From: a virus
Lineage: Duplodnaviria > Caudoviricetes
DNA: 46,136 bases
IMG/VR virus record: IMGVR_UViG_3300044836_000012
Span: 1-46,136 of that record
Reading direction: 5' to 3' (one strand)
Position 1 is the stretch's first letter, and each line of letters starts with the position of its first letter. This document shows positions 1 through 10,479 of this stretch, in pieces. The notes below the pieces were generated by a model. It did not search any database, was not told where the DNA came from, and saw only the letters and a program-made list of their open reading frames with translations. The position numbers and the translations under genes are program-made.

Positions 1-32
1 CTCCATCGCTCACAAGGCATGGAGTTGAGGCG

Positions 33-350
33 GTGGAAACTAATCATAAAATCATGAAACAAAAATTCTCAATTATTCGCACCCATTCAGCAGGTGTATG
101 GTTTGGTAACATTAAATCGCTAAACGGTTCAATCGCTGTCGTTACAAACGCACGTCGCTTATGGTATTGGTCTGGTGCGGCATCTTTAAGTCAATTAGCG
201 GTTGAAGGCACTAAACGACCCAATTATTGCAAATTTACAGTTACAATAACCGATGAAGATGGCGTTTATTTACCACAGGTTATTGAAGTGTTACCTTGTA
301 CTGAAGTTGCCGTTGAAAACATTAATGCCGTAAAGGAATGGAAGATTTAA
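33..350 (+). CDS. Conserved small phage protein (DUF6948-like); true start probably ATG at 54
   Basis: Motif IIRTHSAGVWFG...NARRLWYWSGAASLSQLA, a family usually found just upstream of Gly-repeat proteins. Confidence 0.7.
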   Translation: METNHKIMKQKFSIIRTHSAGVWFGNIKSLNGSIAVVTNARRLWYWSGAASLSQLAVEGTKRPNYCKFTVTITDEDGVYLPQVIEVLPCTEVAVENINAVKEWKI

Positions 351-1159
351 TCAAAAAGTTTTTAGCGATTGAGCCAATAGGTGACGGTTCCGGTTCCGGT
401 GACGGTGACGGTTACTGTTACGGTGACGGTTACGGTTACAGTTCCGGTGACGGTTACGGTGACGGTTACGGTGACGGTTACGGTTACAGTTCCGGTGACG
501 GTTCCGGTTCCGGTTCCGGTTCCGGTTCCGGTTCCGGTGACGGTGACGGTTACTGTTACGGTGACGGTGACGGTTACGGTGACGGTTACGGTGACGGTTA
601 CGGTGACGGTTACGGTGACGGTGACGGTTACGGTGACGGTGAAATTAAACAACCAGTTATTGCAGAATATCGCAAAGGGTTTTTAGATAAAGAAATCCAT
701 TCGTTTAAATCTTTTAACAAACAACCAGTTTATTATATCGATAATATACCCTGCGTATTCTTATCAATAATCGGCAATGTGGCAAAGGTGAATGTCATTA
801 AAGATGATATGAGTGTGCAAAAAATGTACATTACTAAATCTGGTAACTTGTTTGCTCACGGTGACACAAAAGAAAGGGCTCTACGTGCGGTTAATGATAA
901 GTTTTTTGCATCAATGTCATTTGATCAGAAAAAACAAGAATTTATCAAACTGTTCAAAAAAGATGGCGTATACCCTAACAGGCATTTCTTTGAATGGCAT
1001 TATCATTTAACAGGAAGCTGTGAAACAGGGCGCTTGATGTTTGTTAAATCACATAACATTGACCTTAACGAAGGAATGAGTACTGTTACTTTCCTAAACC
1101 TTACTAAGAATGAGTACAACGGCTCAATTATGAATGATATATTAAATGAGTTGCAATGA
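338..1159 (+). CDS. Gly-Asp/Tyr/Ser repeat phage protein with globular C-terminal domain
   Basis: (GD/GY/GS)n N-terminal tract, then HGDT...WHYHLTGSCETGR domain; overlaps the upstream gene. Confidence 0.8.
   Translation: MEDLIKKFLAIEPIGDGSGSGDGDGYCYGDGYGYSSGDGYGDGYGDGYGYSSGDGSGSGSGSGSGSGDGDGYCYGDGDGYGDGYGDGYGDGYGDGDGYGDGEIKQPVIAEYRKGFLDKEIHSFKSFNKQPVYYIDNIPCVFLSIIGNVAKVNVIKDDMSVQKMYITKSGNLFAHGDTKERALRAVNDKFFASMSFDQKKQEFIKLFKKDGVYPNRHFFEWHYHLTGSCETGRLMFVKSHNIDLNEGMSTVTFLNLTKNEYNGSIMNDILNELQ
380..640 (+). repeat. Hexamer tandem repeat array (GGTGAC/GGTTAC/GGTTCC), about 43 units
   Basis: Read directly from the sequence; includes higher-order duplicated blocks. Confidence 0.95.
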
Positions 1160-1254
1160 AACCACTCACAACAAATCAAAAACAGGTAATCGCCTTTTGC
1201 GTACTATTTATCGCCTTAATGGGCTATTTGGTTAAGAATGGGTTATTGAAATGA
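1156..1254 (+). CDS. 32-aa single-TM peptide (MKPLTTNQKQVIAFCVLFIALMGYLVKNGLLK)
   Basis: Translated by hand; ATGA overlaps with both neighbouring genes. Confidence 0.6.
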   Translation: MKPLTTNQKQVIAFCVLFIALMGYLVKNGLLK

Positions 1255-1472
1255 AAACAGAACCAAATGACAGCGCACATCCTATTGTGCTCGACCATGC
1301 AGAGCAGGACTACAGCAATGGTTTAACCAAACGAGAATACTTTGCGGCAATATTTACAGCGGCATTTATACAAGCCCCCGGAAATCATCAACCTAATTGG
1401 GTAGAAGATAATGCTAAAATCGGATTACAGCAAGCAGATGCACTTATAGTCGAACTTAACAAGCAACCATGA
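1251..1472 (+). CDS. Conserved phage hypothetical protein
   Basis: GLTKREYFAA...ADALIVEL motif common in small phage proteins; ATGA coupling. Confidence 0.75.
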   Translation: MKTEPNDSAHPIVLDHAEQDYSNGLTKREYFAAIFTAAFIQAPGNHQPNWVEDNAKIGLQQADALIVELNKQP

Positions 1473-1894
1473 AATCAGCAATCGAATTAGTAAAAGCAAA
1501 ACGCGAAAGCCATACTAAAAAAGGCTTTAATTACGACCATGACACACAACACACCTCTATGCAATTCATCAATGCTGCAAAGGCTTATATGTATGGTGAT
1601 AGTTATTCATGGCCTTTTTCAGACGGATTTAAATGCGGTGATAGTATTGAAGACCTTGTAAATGCAGGTTCTATGATTATTGCCGCTATTGACAGATTGC
1701 AACGATATGAAGTCGGCAAAATATATAAAGTAAACTGCAATCACCAAAAGGGTACATTTAAAGTTTTAAAAGTTAAAATGAGAAAACATGGCGACGTTTT
1801 TGTATCATTTACAGGACTTTCAGGTGATCTTTTTTCAGATACGCAAACATTTATGTTAGGTTCAATTTTTGATAATTGTACAGAGCCATTATGA
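1469..1894 (+). CDS. Conserved phage hypothetical protein
   Basis: DHDTQH...WPF...DLVNAGSMIIAAIDRL resembles a widespread uncharacterised phage domain. Confidence 0.7.
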   Translation: MKSAIELVKAKRESHTKKGFNYDHDTQHTSMQFINAAKAYMYGDSYSWPFSDGFKCGDSIEDLVNAGSMIIAAIDRLQRYEVGKIYKVNCNHQKGTFKVLKVKMRKHGDVFVSFTGLSGDLFSDTQTFMLGSIFDNCTEPL

Positions 1895-2085
1895 AAGACC
1901 GCCACTACCGTTTTACAATTAACATTATCGGGCATAAGCGCCATAGCGTTGGTATCTATGCTTTAGATAAATATGTAGGCAAAAACAGGGGCGAATTTAT
2001 CCGTAAAAAAGCGGCAAAAATGACTACCGATAAAATTACAATAGTAGTGCAAAATAAGGGGCGTGTTGACGTTTATTTACGGTAG
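1876..2085 (+). CDS. Hypothetical protein (start probably 1891)
   Basis: ORF track; ATGA overlap at 1891. Confidence 0.55.
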   Translation: MYRAIMKDRHYRFTINIIGHKRHSVGIYALDKYVGKNRGEFIRKKAAKMTTDKITIVVQNKGRVDVYLR

Positions 2086-2123
2086 GTATAGTATGATACC
2101 AAAAGCTAATAATAATTAATCCT

Positions 2124-2258
2124 ATGGCAAAAACGACCTCAAAACTTTGTGAACATAAAAACACCATCCAAATCGGCACCGAAACAACGGTTGAGGTTTA
2201 TTGCGTGGACTGCCGGGAAGTTATTAGGATTGGTAAAACTATAAGGAGGAAGAAATGA
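2124..2258 (+). CDS. 44-aa putative Zn-ribbon peptide
   Basis: Hand translation with CEH...CVDC; ATGA overlap with the gene at 2255. Confidence 0.5.
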   Translation: MAKTTSKLCEHKNTIQIGTETTVEVYCVDCREVIRIGKTIRRKK

Positions 2259-2515
2259 AAAACAATTACGATCTAAACAAAGATGTTCAATGTTGCGAGG
2301 TTATCATATCTAAGCAACTAACACGTGGAAATGGCACTACAGAACCGTTTAGGCGTATTACGCAGGTTCTAACTAAGTCCGGTGAACTTATTGCCGAAAA
2401 TGATAGTGATACTTTTGTAAAAATGGATTTGGTTCATTTTGCAAGATACGTTTCTAAACTTGAAAGCATAACCATACAGGATGTTAATAAATGGATAGAT
2501 AGTAATCCCAGCTGA
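2255..2515 (+). CDS. Hypothetical protein
   Basis: ORF track; lies in a tightly packed plus-strand run. Confidence 0.65.
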   Translation: MKNNYDLNKDVQCCEVIISKQLTRGNGTTEPFRRITQVLTKSGELIAENDSDTFVKMDLVHFARYVSKLESITIQDVNKWIDSNPS

Positions 2516-2654
2516 TATGACAACCTACACCCCCGAATACCTGATCAACGCCCTGGCAGCTAAGAGCAACCCGGTTATCGACGGCTTCTTCTACGGCTAT
2601 TATGACGGCGAAGTTTATGTTTTGTTTACTAAGGATATTTGCGCTAATTGAGGG

Positions 2655-2972
2655 ATGGAAAATCAAGAAATATACAACCCTATAAGTTGCGACCATAAAA
2701 TCAAATCGGGCAAATATGCCGGATTTTCAAACTATGAATTACTTTCTCATAGTAGCGGCGGCGGCGGAGACTTACACCATGAAGTAAATTTATCTGTTTG
2801 TCGTGAATGTGGCGAGATCAAAATACAGGGTTGGCGAAATAAAGGTGTAGAAACGCATAGGTTTTGTGAAGAGTTTAGCATTTATTATCCCGATGCTGTT
2901 GCGGCAATAGTCAAAAATTGCAACTATATGAATAGTGAAACAGACGGGTATATTCCGTTTGTGCAATCCTAA
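2655..2972 (+). CDS. Hypothetical protein with CDH/CREC motifs
   Basis: ORF track; last gene of the plus-strand island. Confidence 0.6.
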   Translation: MENQEIYNPISCDHKIKSGKYAGFSNYELLSHSSGGGGDLHHEVNLSVCRECGEIKIQGWRNKGVETHRFCEEFSIYYPDAVAAIVKNCNYMNSETDGYIPFVQS

Positions 2973-2995
2973 ATAACCCTCACCAGGTATCAACA

Positions 2996-3415
2996 CTACG
3001 AAAACTGAATGATAGTATTGTCGGCGTTATTACCCAACCCGTCGCTATGTAACTCCACTACACAATCGGTAAAATTTCCGACCGTTCCTGTATAAATAGG
3101 GAATATATCAGAAAACTGTTGACCAGTTGACGTAACAATTGCTACGAAATTAGGATAGCGGGTGTAAAGGTTCAATGTAACTAATTCAGCGGGGCTTAAA
3201 GTATAGGTATCTGGGTCGCTTGTTGTTAACGTTTTGCTTATAGCGGCACCGCCAACTCCGGCATCTACATACTGTTTATCAGGTATATCCTGCGGATCAG
3301 TAAATAGTTTTGGTGCATCATAGCGCAGTATAGGCGTTACAATTACAGGGGCGGTTAACGGACTATCAATCTCATTAACCTGTAACTTATCAAACTTACC
3401 GTCTTGCCCTTCCAT
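2996..3415 (-). CDS. Putative minor tail/structural protein
   Basis: Coupled to the upstream tail gene; Thr/Asp-rich, beta-like composition. Confidence 0.55.
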   Translation of the reverse strand: MEGQDGKFDKLQVNEIDSPLTAPVIVTPILRYDAPKLFTDPQDIPDKQYVDAGVGGAAISKTLTTSDPDTYTLSPAELVTLNLYTRYPNFVAIVTSTGQQFSDIFPIYTGTVGNFTDCVVELHSDGLGNNADNTIIQFS

Positions 3416-5088
3416 TACGCTGAAATCCGTTTAAAGAATAGTGTAACCATGGACCGCTGTATAATTGACATGGGCGCACCCAATCCGGTTGCATCAGCGT
3501 TACCGCCTGTTATCTGAATAGTTTTATCGTTAATTATACCGTTGCTTTCTAAGCCCTGTGGATTAGCGGCAGTCCCTGGGCCGTTCCCACGTACAGGGTC
3601 AGCGGCACCACTCCCAGATGGAGGTGAGTTAGTAGTTCTTACAGCATGGCCGTGCGGTGCCATTTGCGCCTTGGTTTGGCGTATGCTATCTGCACCTATA
3701 ATATTATTCAATTGTGCCAACCCATATATAGGGTCGCCGTCAATATATCCTATGGCAACCGTACCGCCCCGGTCTGCGCTATCATTCCGTCCATCGCATA
3801 TAACACACCCCTCGTAAGGGCTACCAGATTGCCCCAAGCCAGTACCGACGTTCCAATCAGTAACTAACGGTCTGCCCGAAACTTCTTCATACATACCAAC
3901 AAATCCCGGTGGGAATGTTGGCGGCGTTGCGCCTGGTATGCCTCCAGCAGGGTCTTCATCATATTGCAAATAATCAAAACAAAAATCTGTTACCGTACCC
4001 GCCCCTGTAATTCCTGATAAGTATACTATTGTTGCAGCATCAAACGGAAACCCTATATTATAATTATGTTTGCCGACTGGAATATCAAACGTGCCAATTT
4101 CAGTACCTAAAGGTGTTGTTCCAATATTCAGCGTAAAAGCAAAGTCATTGCCAAAAATTGTTAAGTTCTTTAACAATGAGTATTTTCTGAATACATCAAC
4201 AACTGCAAAATCTGCTGCCTGATCGAAATAGTTTTTTGCTTTTTCCACTACTGTAAATCCTTCGGGTGTATCTCCTGTTATTAGTTTTTGTAAAAATACA
4301 TTTAAAACCGGCATAATTACAATACGCTGCCCGATAAATGGCGTGCCGTCCGGTTCTGCCCTTACCACTTCCCATTCGCTACCTTCTATATTTTGATAAT
4401 ATTCGCCGTCAATCTTTATTTGGTCGCAATCAAACAGCATATTTACCTTATCGCCTATCCAGTTAGGTATACCTTCAGCATTGCCTATAAACAGCGTAAA
4501 TTTACGGTATGAAACAGCATTAAGTTTAGTTGTATTCTTTAATTGGTCGTTATAAATAACATCGTCACGGCTCGGTGTATACAGGTGTATGCCACCCTCA
4601 ACCCGCATAACTATTATAAAATTATCCTCGAAAACAATACCAAAGTTATTTTCTGAATTGGTACACTCTAATAATATTGTGCCCGGTTGGTCGTCTGCAA
4701 CATTTATAGGCTCGCTTTGGTAAACATGGTATGCGCTCGTATCATCGCTATAATCTAACTCGCAATAATAATCACCTTCACCATAGTTTGAAAAATCTAA
4801 CTCAACCTCATAGCATTTAAAGGTAAAGTCAGGAAAGTTTTTGCCTGTATCGGTTGGTGTAATCGTATCAATTAATGCGTTAGTATGCAAATCACGCACA
4901 TAAAAACGGCTATCATAATCAGCTAAAAACTGTATTTTAGTGGTATCGTTTGTTTGAAATTTCTGAAAATAACATTTATCATCCGAAAATAAGTCAAACG
5001 GAATAGTTTGATAACGTGGGTCTAAATTGGTTAATTCAACCAATCGGATAGGATTTATTAAAGGAACTTCAAATATTTTTGTACTCAT
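3415..5088 (-). CDS. Tail/baseplate protein with C-terminal collar-like domain
   Basis: Downstream of the tape measure; CDGRN...DRGG and TKAQMAPHGH motifs typical of tail collar domains. Confidence 0.65.
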   Translation of the reverse strand: MSTKIFEVPLINPIRLVELTNLDPRYQTIPFDLFSDDKCYFQKFQTNDTTKIQFLADYDSRFYVRDLHTNALIDTITPTDTGKNFPDFTFKCYEVELDFSNYGEGDYYCELDYSDDTSAYHVYQSEPINVADDQPGTILLECTNSENNFGIVFEDNFIIVMRVEGGIHLYTPSRDDVIYNDQLKNTTKLNAVSYRKFTLFIGNAEGIPNWIGDKVNMLFDCDQIKIDGEYYQNIEGSEWEVVRAEPDGTPFIGQRIVIMPVLNVFLQKLITGDTPEGFTVVEKAKNYFDQAADFAVVDVFRKYSLLKNLTIFGNDFAFTLNIGTTPLGTEIGTFDIPVGKHNYNIGFPFDAATIVYLSGITGAGTVTDFCFDYLQYDEDPAGGIPGATPPTFPPGFVGMYEEVSGRPLVTDWNVGTGLGQSGSPYEGCVICDGRNDSADRGGTVAIGYIDGDPIYGLAQLNNIIGADSIRQTKAQMAPHGHAVRTTNSPPSGSGAADPVRGNGPGTAANPQGLESNGIINDKTIQITGGNADATGLGAPMSIIQRSMVTLFFKRISA

Positions 5089-7097
5089 CTCACCAAATTT
5101 AACAAATTATTATCCTTAGTTAGCAATAATTTAAATTCCCTTGGCGTATTTTTAGCTACATCAACCCCTGCGCTAATAATAAAGCCTCTATATGAATTAC
5201 CGTCAAGCGTATAAGATATATAAGCCCCCGGCAAACTTCGTATTAAAGTATAAGCATCCCGAGGTAATTTAGTAGTTATATCAACCAAATAAGGCAAAAA
5301 TAACTTATCAGCTAAGGCAGATACGCTATAATTTGAATTTTCAGTATAACGTATGCCATCAAGCCCAACGGTTGAAACCGCCGTATTTTTAAGCCCGGAT
5401 GTGAACTTTATTAAATAGCCATCATATTTATCCAATATACCGTGTAAATAATCGCCGTGGCGAACTAAATTTCTTTTAGGGGTAAGTAATAGGTTGTAAA
5501 CACTGCTCCCACCCGCAAGCCCCGTAATGCTTGTAAACGCCTCGCCCTGTATCGGCTGATAATAAGTATGTCCGCTTTCGGGTGTATCGCGTATCATAAC
5601 AAAGAACGGGTCGTTATCGCTTTTAGTTGTTTCCGGGGTATTGCCCTGTATGCGGATAAACTCAATACCGTAACTATCAGCGCGAATTACAGACATCAAA
5701 TTCAATTCTTTGGCAATCCTGATTATGGGTAATGAGTAATTTTGCTCACTATTTGGCTCATCCTTTCCGTTAACCACATCATATGTTTGGTCGGGATATC
5801 CGATTTTAACGGAATTGTAAATATAGGCTTCATACATAGATAATTTAGCATCCTGTACATTGCCAACATCCATAGATTGCAAAACATTTTGGTAGAAATA
5901 ACCCTTAGCCTCTAAAACCGCCGTATCATTTTGTATACCAAATCCGGCGTTGGTTACGCTGTTGATCGATTGAAAGAAATCTTTGAAACTGATCTTAATT
6001 TTCGCATCCGTAATTTGCCGGATAGCATCTCCGCAAGTAATAGTCAATTGCGGCCATGCGGTATCTAAATGATATGATAAAGTAGGGTAAACCGCATCGT
6101 TCATTAACTCGATCAGCTTATCAAATACATATTTCGGGCGCAATGCCTTGCACATGGATGCAGGTGTAATTGTTTGATAAGCCAGCGATAATGTGCCGTC
6201 CGTAACCTGAAAGCCAACGTTAGTATTATTATCAGTAACGTTTTTGAAGTAAAAAAATAACCGTTCGTCTTTAAGCATTGAAGTTGTAAAATCCCATGAA
6301 AAATCAAACGTTCCAAAATTTGTAGTAACATCATATAGCGTAGCAACCAATATATTATCGCTCTTATAAACATTAACCTGAAAACGCTTTGCGCCCCCTG
6401 GCAACGTAGAAACATTACCCTTTAAATTACCCTGTACCCTAATATCAGTATCAACCGTTGCTTTGTAGAAAAAATTATCATTGTTTCCGTCAAATGAAGC
6501 GGCGCTATCAACCACAAAACCGCTATCCTGTACAGACGGAGTTACTGAATTTTGTTGATTATTAACTACCTGCAACCCGAAAAAAGCATCCGAACGGTGG
6601 TCTATATTGGGTATAAATATCAAATCGGCTGTTTCTGTTAATAATATCGGCGTTAATTGAATGTCTATCGCTTCGGGCACATTAACGGGTATTTCATACA
6701 CCTGATTTTCGTATGCCTTTATAGCGGCCGATATACCGCCTTCCATAACATTAACAGTAAATGTATATCCTTCTAAAGAACTTGCATCAACAACGGTTGA
6801 AAAATCTATATCGCCCCGGTATATTTCTGAATATGTCCAATCCGAGTTATTAAGTTCCTCAATAACAAACTCAACCCTTCCCGCTAATCCATATTGATAA
6901 AATTCTGTACGTAATATCTTTGCCCCATCTAATACAAAATCCATAGGTATGGTAAACGTACGTATCATACCGTAATAACTTTCAGAACGGTCAAAAGTGA
7001 TCAATGAGCCTTCCCAGCCTTTTGGTGCTTCGGGAATAACGTAGTTAAACAACCCCCGGACTGCAAGTGTATATCTAAATTGGTTGGGTTGTGTCAT
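5085..7097 (-). CDS. Tail tip/hub protein
   Basis: 670 aa, immediately after the tape measure gene. Confidence 0.65.
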   Translation of the reverse strand: MTQPNQFRYTLAVRGLFNYVIPEAPKGWEGSLITFDRSESYYGMIRTFTIPMDFVLDGAKILRTEFYQYGLAGRVEFVIEELNNSDWTYSEIYRGDIDFSTVVDASSLEGYTFTVNVMEGGISAAIKAYENQVYEIPVNVPEAIDIQLTPILLTETADLIFIPNIDHRSDAFFGLQVVNNQQNSVTPSVQDSGFVVDSAASFDGNNDNFFYKATVDTDIRVQGNLKGNVSTLPGGAKRFQVNVYKSDNILVATLYDVTTNFGTFDFSWDFTTSMLKDERLFFYFKNVTDNNTNVGFQVTDGTLSLAYQTITPASMCKALRPKYVFDKLIELMNDAVYPTLSYHLDTAWPQLTITCGDAIRQITDAKIKISFKDFFQSINSVTNAGFGIQNDTAVLEAKGYFYQNVLQSMDVGNVQDAKLSMYEAYIYNSVKIGYPDQTYDVVNGKDEPNSEQNYSLPIIRIAKELNLMSVIRADSYGIEFIRIQGNTPETTKSDNDPFFVMIRDTPESGHTYYQPIQGEAFTSITGLAGGSSVYNLLLTPKRNLVRHGDYLHGILDKYDGYLIKFTSGLKNTAVSTVGLDGIRYTENSNYSVSALADKLFLPYLVDITTKLPRDAYTLIRSLPGAYISYTLDGNSYRGFIISAGVDVAKNTPREFKLLLTKDNNLLNLVR

Positions 7098-9899
7098 TTA
7101 GTTTATATTACGCCTAACATAATTATTCCATTTTTCGGTATTGGTAACGTACCCCTTTACGCCCTTGCTGGTTAAGATGGTGCCATGTACTGGTTTCGCT
7201 TTTGCCATATGGCTGTTTACCTTCCTCATTTCATCTAACAACCTATCATCAACTTGCCCCCCTGTGAAATTTATCTTTTCAGGCCTGGCTATCATATTTA
7301 CCAAATCTTTATTTGATATAAATTTAGTACCGGCTTTTACCATGCCGATGGTTTCCGTTGGGGGGGTTAAAGACTGTGTGCCATCCGGATCAATACGCAA
7401 TTCTGTACCGTGTCCGAAAGCGGCTAAACCTGTTTTTTTCATGGTGCCGCCGTCTTTGAATTTAGGAAGTGGTGTAGCTAATACGGTTGCCAATTCTAAT
7501 GCGCCCGATCCTGCTATTGTTGCTGCAATGGCAGGATATAAAAATGCTGTAATTGGATTTGAAAGGTATGTTAATGCCTGCACCTCTGCTAAAGCTGTTG
7601 CCTGTATGATTTTAGCTACTGCAATAACCCTATCAAAAACAGCCTGATCGTGTTTTATCTTCTTCTCTTTTTGGGCAATGGCATCCTGTTGCGCTGCGGC
7701 TTTTGCATCAATGATAGCATTTTTATCAGCCTTCTCCTGGGTGGATAGCAAAGAACGGTCAACGGCCTTCTTTTCGGCATCGGCGTTTTTTTGAATAGCA
7801 TCTGATTGCTCACTTAATGCATCCAACTGCCTTGTATACCCTGCATCAACCAGCGTTTTTATTAACTCAATGGATTGATTTGCTATATCCTTTTCTAAAT
7901 TAGCTAAATCTTTTCTTGCCTGCTTAAGCGTATTTATATCATCAAGCTGCTTTTTGGTTTTTAAAGCACTTGCCTCAATCTCAAACTTAGTTAATTGGTC
8001 TTGGCTTTGCTGTAATTCTTTATCTGTACCTATGCCAAAGGCTAAATAATACTCCTGTAAGGCAATTATTTTCTTTTGGGTGTCAATTTCAATCTGAACC
8101 CGATTAACAGCGGTAGCGTACTCTGCTTGTGCAACTTTGTTATTATATTCAGCAACGGTTATTGTGCCTTTAGCGTATTGATCGGTTAATGATGTTAAAT
8201 ACTCCGATTTACTTTTTTCAAGAACCAGTAAGCGTTGGTTTTGCTCATCTCTAAAATCATCTACCTGTTGCCTTTCGAGTTCTGTTTGCTGTTTTGCGCC
8301 TTCTTTTAGTAGGTTTAAAAGTTCCTTTTCGGCTGTTTCTCTTATTTTTAATCGGGCTTTATTCCTATCCAAATCAACCTCGGCAAACTTATTTGAAGCC
8401 TCGGCCTGCGTTAAAACACCCAAATTACTGTACTTTTTAGTCAAGTCATACGCAGCAATATAATATCTATCAACAGCCGCTAATCTTTCTTCATATGTTG
8501 ATTTTTCGCTTTCCAATACTGCATCTTCCTGTAATTTCAAGGCTTTTAGTTGTTCTTCATATTGTTGTTTTCTATTATCAGCGGCTTTGGCTTTTTGGGG
8601 TTTATCACTTCCATCAATAGCATCAGCTATGGCATTATTGCCACCAGCTAATTTTATTAAGAAATCAATATTATCCTGCAATGATTTTTTGCGCTCATTT
8701 GATAGTTTGGTAGCGGCGGCGGCTCTTTTACGTGCTTTATCCTCATTATCCCCCGCTAATATCCCTTCGCCACCCTCGCCGGGTATTCCTGCTATTGCTC
8801 CGCTTGCCACATCACGAGCCGATTGTGCCAATTCTTGCCCTAAAGCTACTTGTATTTTAGCCTGTTTTATATCTTCTTCGGCTCTTTGCCCTGCTAATTT
8901 AGCCACTTTCTCGTAAACGGCTTTAGCTAAAGCATTTTGTAAAATATCCTTTGTTAGTTGCTGATAGCTTGCACTTGCTCCACCGTTCAATATTGTTTCG
9001 GTTTTAATATTAGCAAATGTTTCAGGAAACTCTTTTTGCAAGGCTTTTGCGGCATCAAGCCTATCATGCATGTTATTGGTTACATCGGTAGCGGCCTTAT
9101 ATAAAATTTGAAGCTTAGTAGATTGTTCACCGTATTGCTTAGACGCTTCTTTTTGCACATCGTTATAACTTTTTAATATACTTTCTGTTTTACCCGTTTC
9201 AGAATTAAATATACCCAAAGCCTCAACGGCAGATGAAATTGCACCAAAGGCCAACGTAAATATCCCGGCAATCCCTATACCAGGCAATATGTACGCCAAC
9301 GTACGTAAATAGCCCAATCCTTTAGTTAGCTGCCCTCCGATCTTAGCCAATCCACTTGCCTGTACTGCCGTATTAGTTTCAATAGCTGCTGTTTCTGCTG
9401 ATATTTCAGCAGTTGTTATAGCTTTTGCAGCCCCTACCTGTTGCGTTTGCGTTTTATACGCCGCCGCCCTTGCAGCCGCTCTGCCTTGCGCTATATCATT
9501 TTCATTAACGGCTGTAGTCATAGCATTTTGCGTAGCTATTGCTTTTTGTGCCGCAGCTAATTCAGCCGCCGTATTTTCAGATACAACCCTGCGCCTTTTA
9601 GCGGCAATAGCCTCTTGTTTTGCAGCAATCTCATCCCGCTTAGCCTGTAACCTTATTTCAGAGGCTTTTATCTTCTCTGAATTATCAATGATTTGTTTGG
9701 TTGCCGCATCACTCTCCTTCGCCGCCTTAGTAAACTGGCTAAACGACACGGCCCCGCCGGTGGCTTTTACCAAAGCATCAGCCTGTTTTGCCGTAGCTAC
9801 AAACTGTGTCTCTAAAGAAATTAACGCTTTCTCTAAATCGGCGACCTGCTTATTACTAATCGGGTCTACTACTTCGGTTATTGCTCCGCTATTTGGCAT
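7098..9899 (-). CDS. Tape measure protein
   Basis: 933 aa, Ala/Gln/Lys-rich helical sequence with hydrophobic segments; C-terminal TPLPKFKDGG motif. Confidence 0.88.
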   Translation of the reverse strand: MPNSGAITEVVDPISNKQVADLEKALISLETQFVATAKQADALVKATGGAVSFSQFTKAAKESDAATKQIIDNSEKIKASEIRLQAKRDEIAAKQEAIAAKRRRVVSENTAAELAAAQKAIATQNAMTTAVNENDIAQGRAAARAAAYKTQTQQVGAAKAITTAEISAETAAIETNTAVQASGLAKIGGQLTKGLGYLRTLAYILPGIGIAGIFTLAFGAISSAVEALGIFNSETGKTESILKSYNDVQKEASKQYGEQSTKLQILYKAATDVTNNMHDRLDAAKALQKEFPETFANIKTETILNGGASASYQQLTKDILQNALAKAVYEKVAKLAGQRAEEDIKQAKIQVALGQELAQSARDVASGAIAGIPGEGGEGILAGDNEDKARKRAAAATKLSNERKKSLQDNIDFLIKLAGGNNAIADAIDGSDKPQKAKAADNRKQQYEEQLKALKLQEDAVLESEKSTYEERLAAVDRYYIAAYDLTKKYSNLGVLTQAEASNKFAEVDLDRNKARLKIRETAEKELLNLLKEGAKQQTELERQQVDDFRDEQNQRLLVLEKSKSEYLTSLTDQYAKGTITVAEYNNKVAQAEYATAVNRVQIEIDTQKKIIALQEYYLAFGIGTDKELQQSQDQLTKFEIEASALKTKKQLDDINTLKQARKDLANLEKDIANQSIELIKTLVDAGYTRQLDALSEQSDAIQKNADAEKKAVDRSLLSTQEKADKNAIIDAKAAAQQDAIAQKEKKIKHDQAVFDRVIAVAKIIQATALAEVQALTYLSNPITAFLYPAIAATIAGSGALELATVLATPLPKFKDGGTMKKTGLAAFGHGTELRIDPDGTQSLTPPTETIGMVKAGTKFISNKDLVNMIARPEKINFTGGQVDDRLLDEMRKVNSHMAKAKPVHGTILTSKGVKGYVTNTEKWNNYVRRNIN

Positions 9900-10479
9900 T
9901 TTTTAAGCTTGCTTTATATTTGTTCATTATAGCACAATATTCAGAAACGGTAACGATATGGGTATCTAAACGATACCCCATAAACTTTGATAATTCAACC
10001 ATTACCGCATCGTAATCACTTTCTTTAACGGCATCACCTTTTTTGCTTTGTATGCCTTCCAATTCCTTTAACCTGTCATTTTTACGGATTAGCATAGCCT
10101 TTGCCCTGGTAATAATCATGCGTAGATCACGCTCGTAATGTTCTGATTGCTTAATGGGAAAGCCGTTTGAGGCTAATATAGTAGCTAACTCATCGTTATA
10201 CCGGATAGCTAATTGCTGTACAATGGCCTCAATAAGTATAATTTTGTTTGTTAATACCGATATATCCTTTAAAACAGCTAATAAATGTAATTGATGGGTA
10301 TCTTTTGATAACAACGCATACTCTGAATATATTTCTTCCCAATTCTCAATGCGGGATATATCGCCTGTACAAACTGCTTTAATGAAGTAATACATAGGCA
10401 AATCAGAACATGACTTATACTTAGCTAAAAGTAAGCCCTGTTTTTTCCGTAATATATTGGCGAATTTTAGCATATACAA
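9889..10479 (-). CDS. Putative tail assembly chaperone (true start probably downstream of 10479)
   Basis: Position directly before the tape measure; helical. Confidence 0.5.
   Translation of the reverse strand: MYMLKFANILRKKQGLLLAKYKSCSDLPMYYFIKAVCTGDISRIENWEEIYSEYALLSKDTHQLHLLAVLKDISVLTNKIILIEAIVQQLAIRYNDELATILASNGFPIKQSEHYERDLRMIITRAKAMLIRKNDRLKELEGIQSKKGDAVKESDYDAVMVELSKFMGYRLDTHIVTVSEYCAIMNKYKASLKNAK

Noticed and set aside
380-640. Repeat array as CRISPR or DGR template
   Set aside because: No unique spacers, no cas or reverse transcriptase gene, and no second adenine-variant copy seen
362-686. Poly-(Thr-Val) ORFs on both strands (362..652 -, 381..686 +)
   Set aside because: Shadow frames of the stop-free hexamer repeat; the Gly-X frame continues into a real domain
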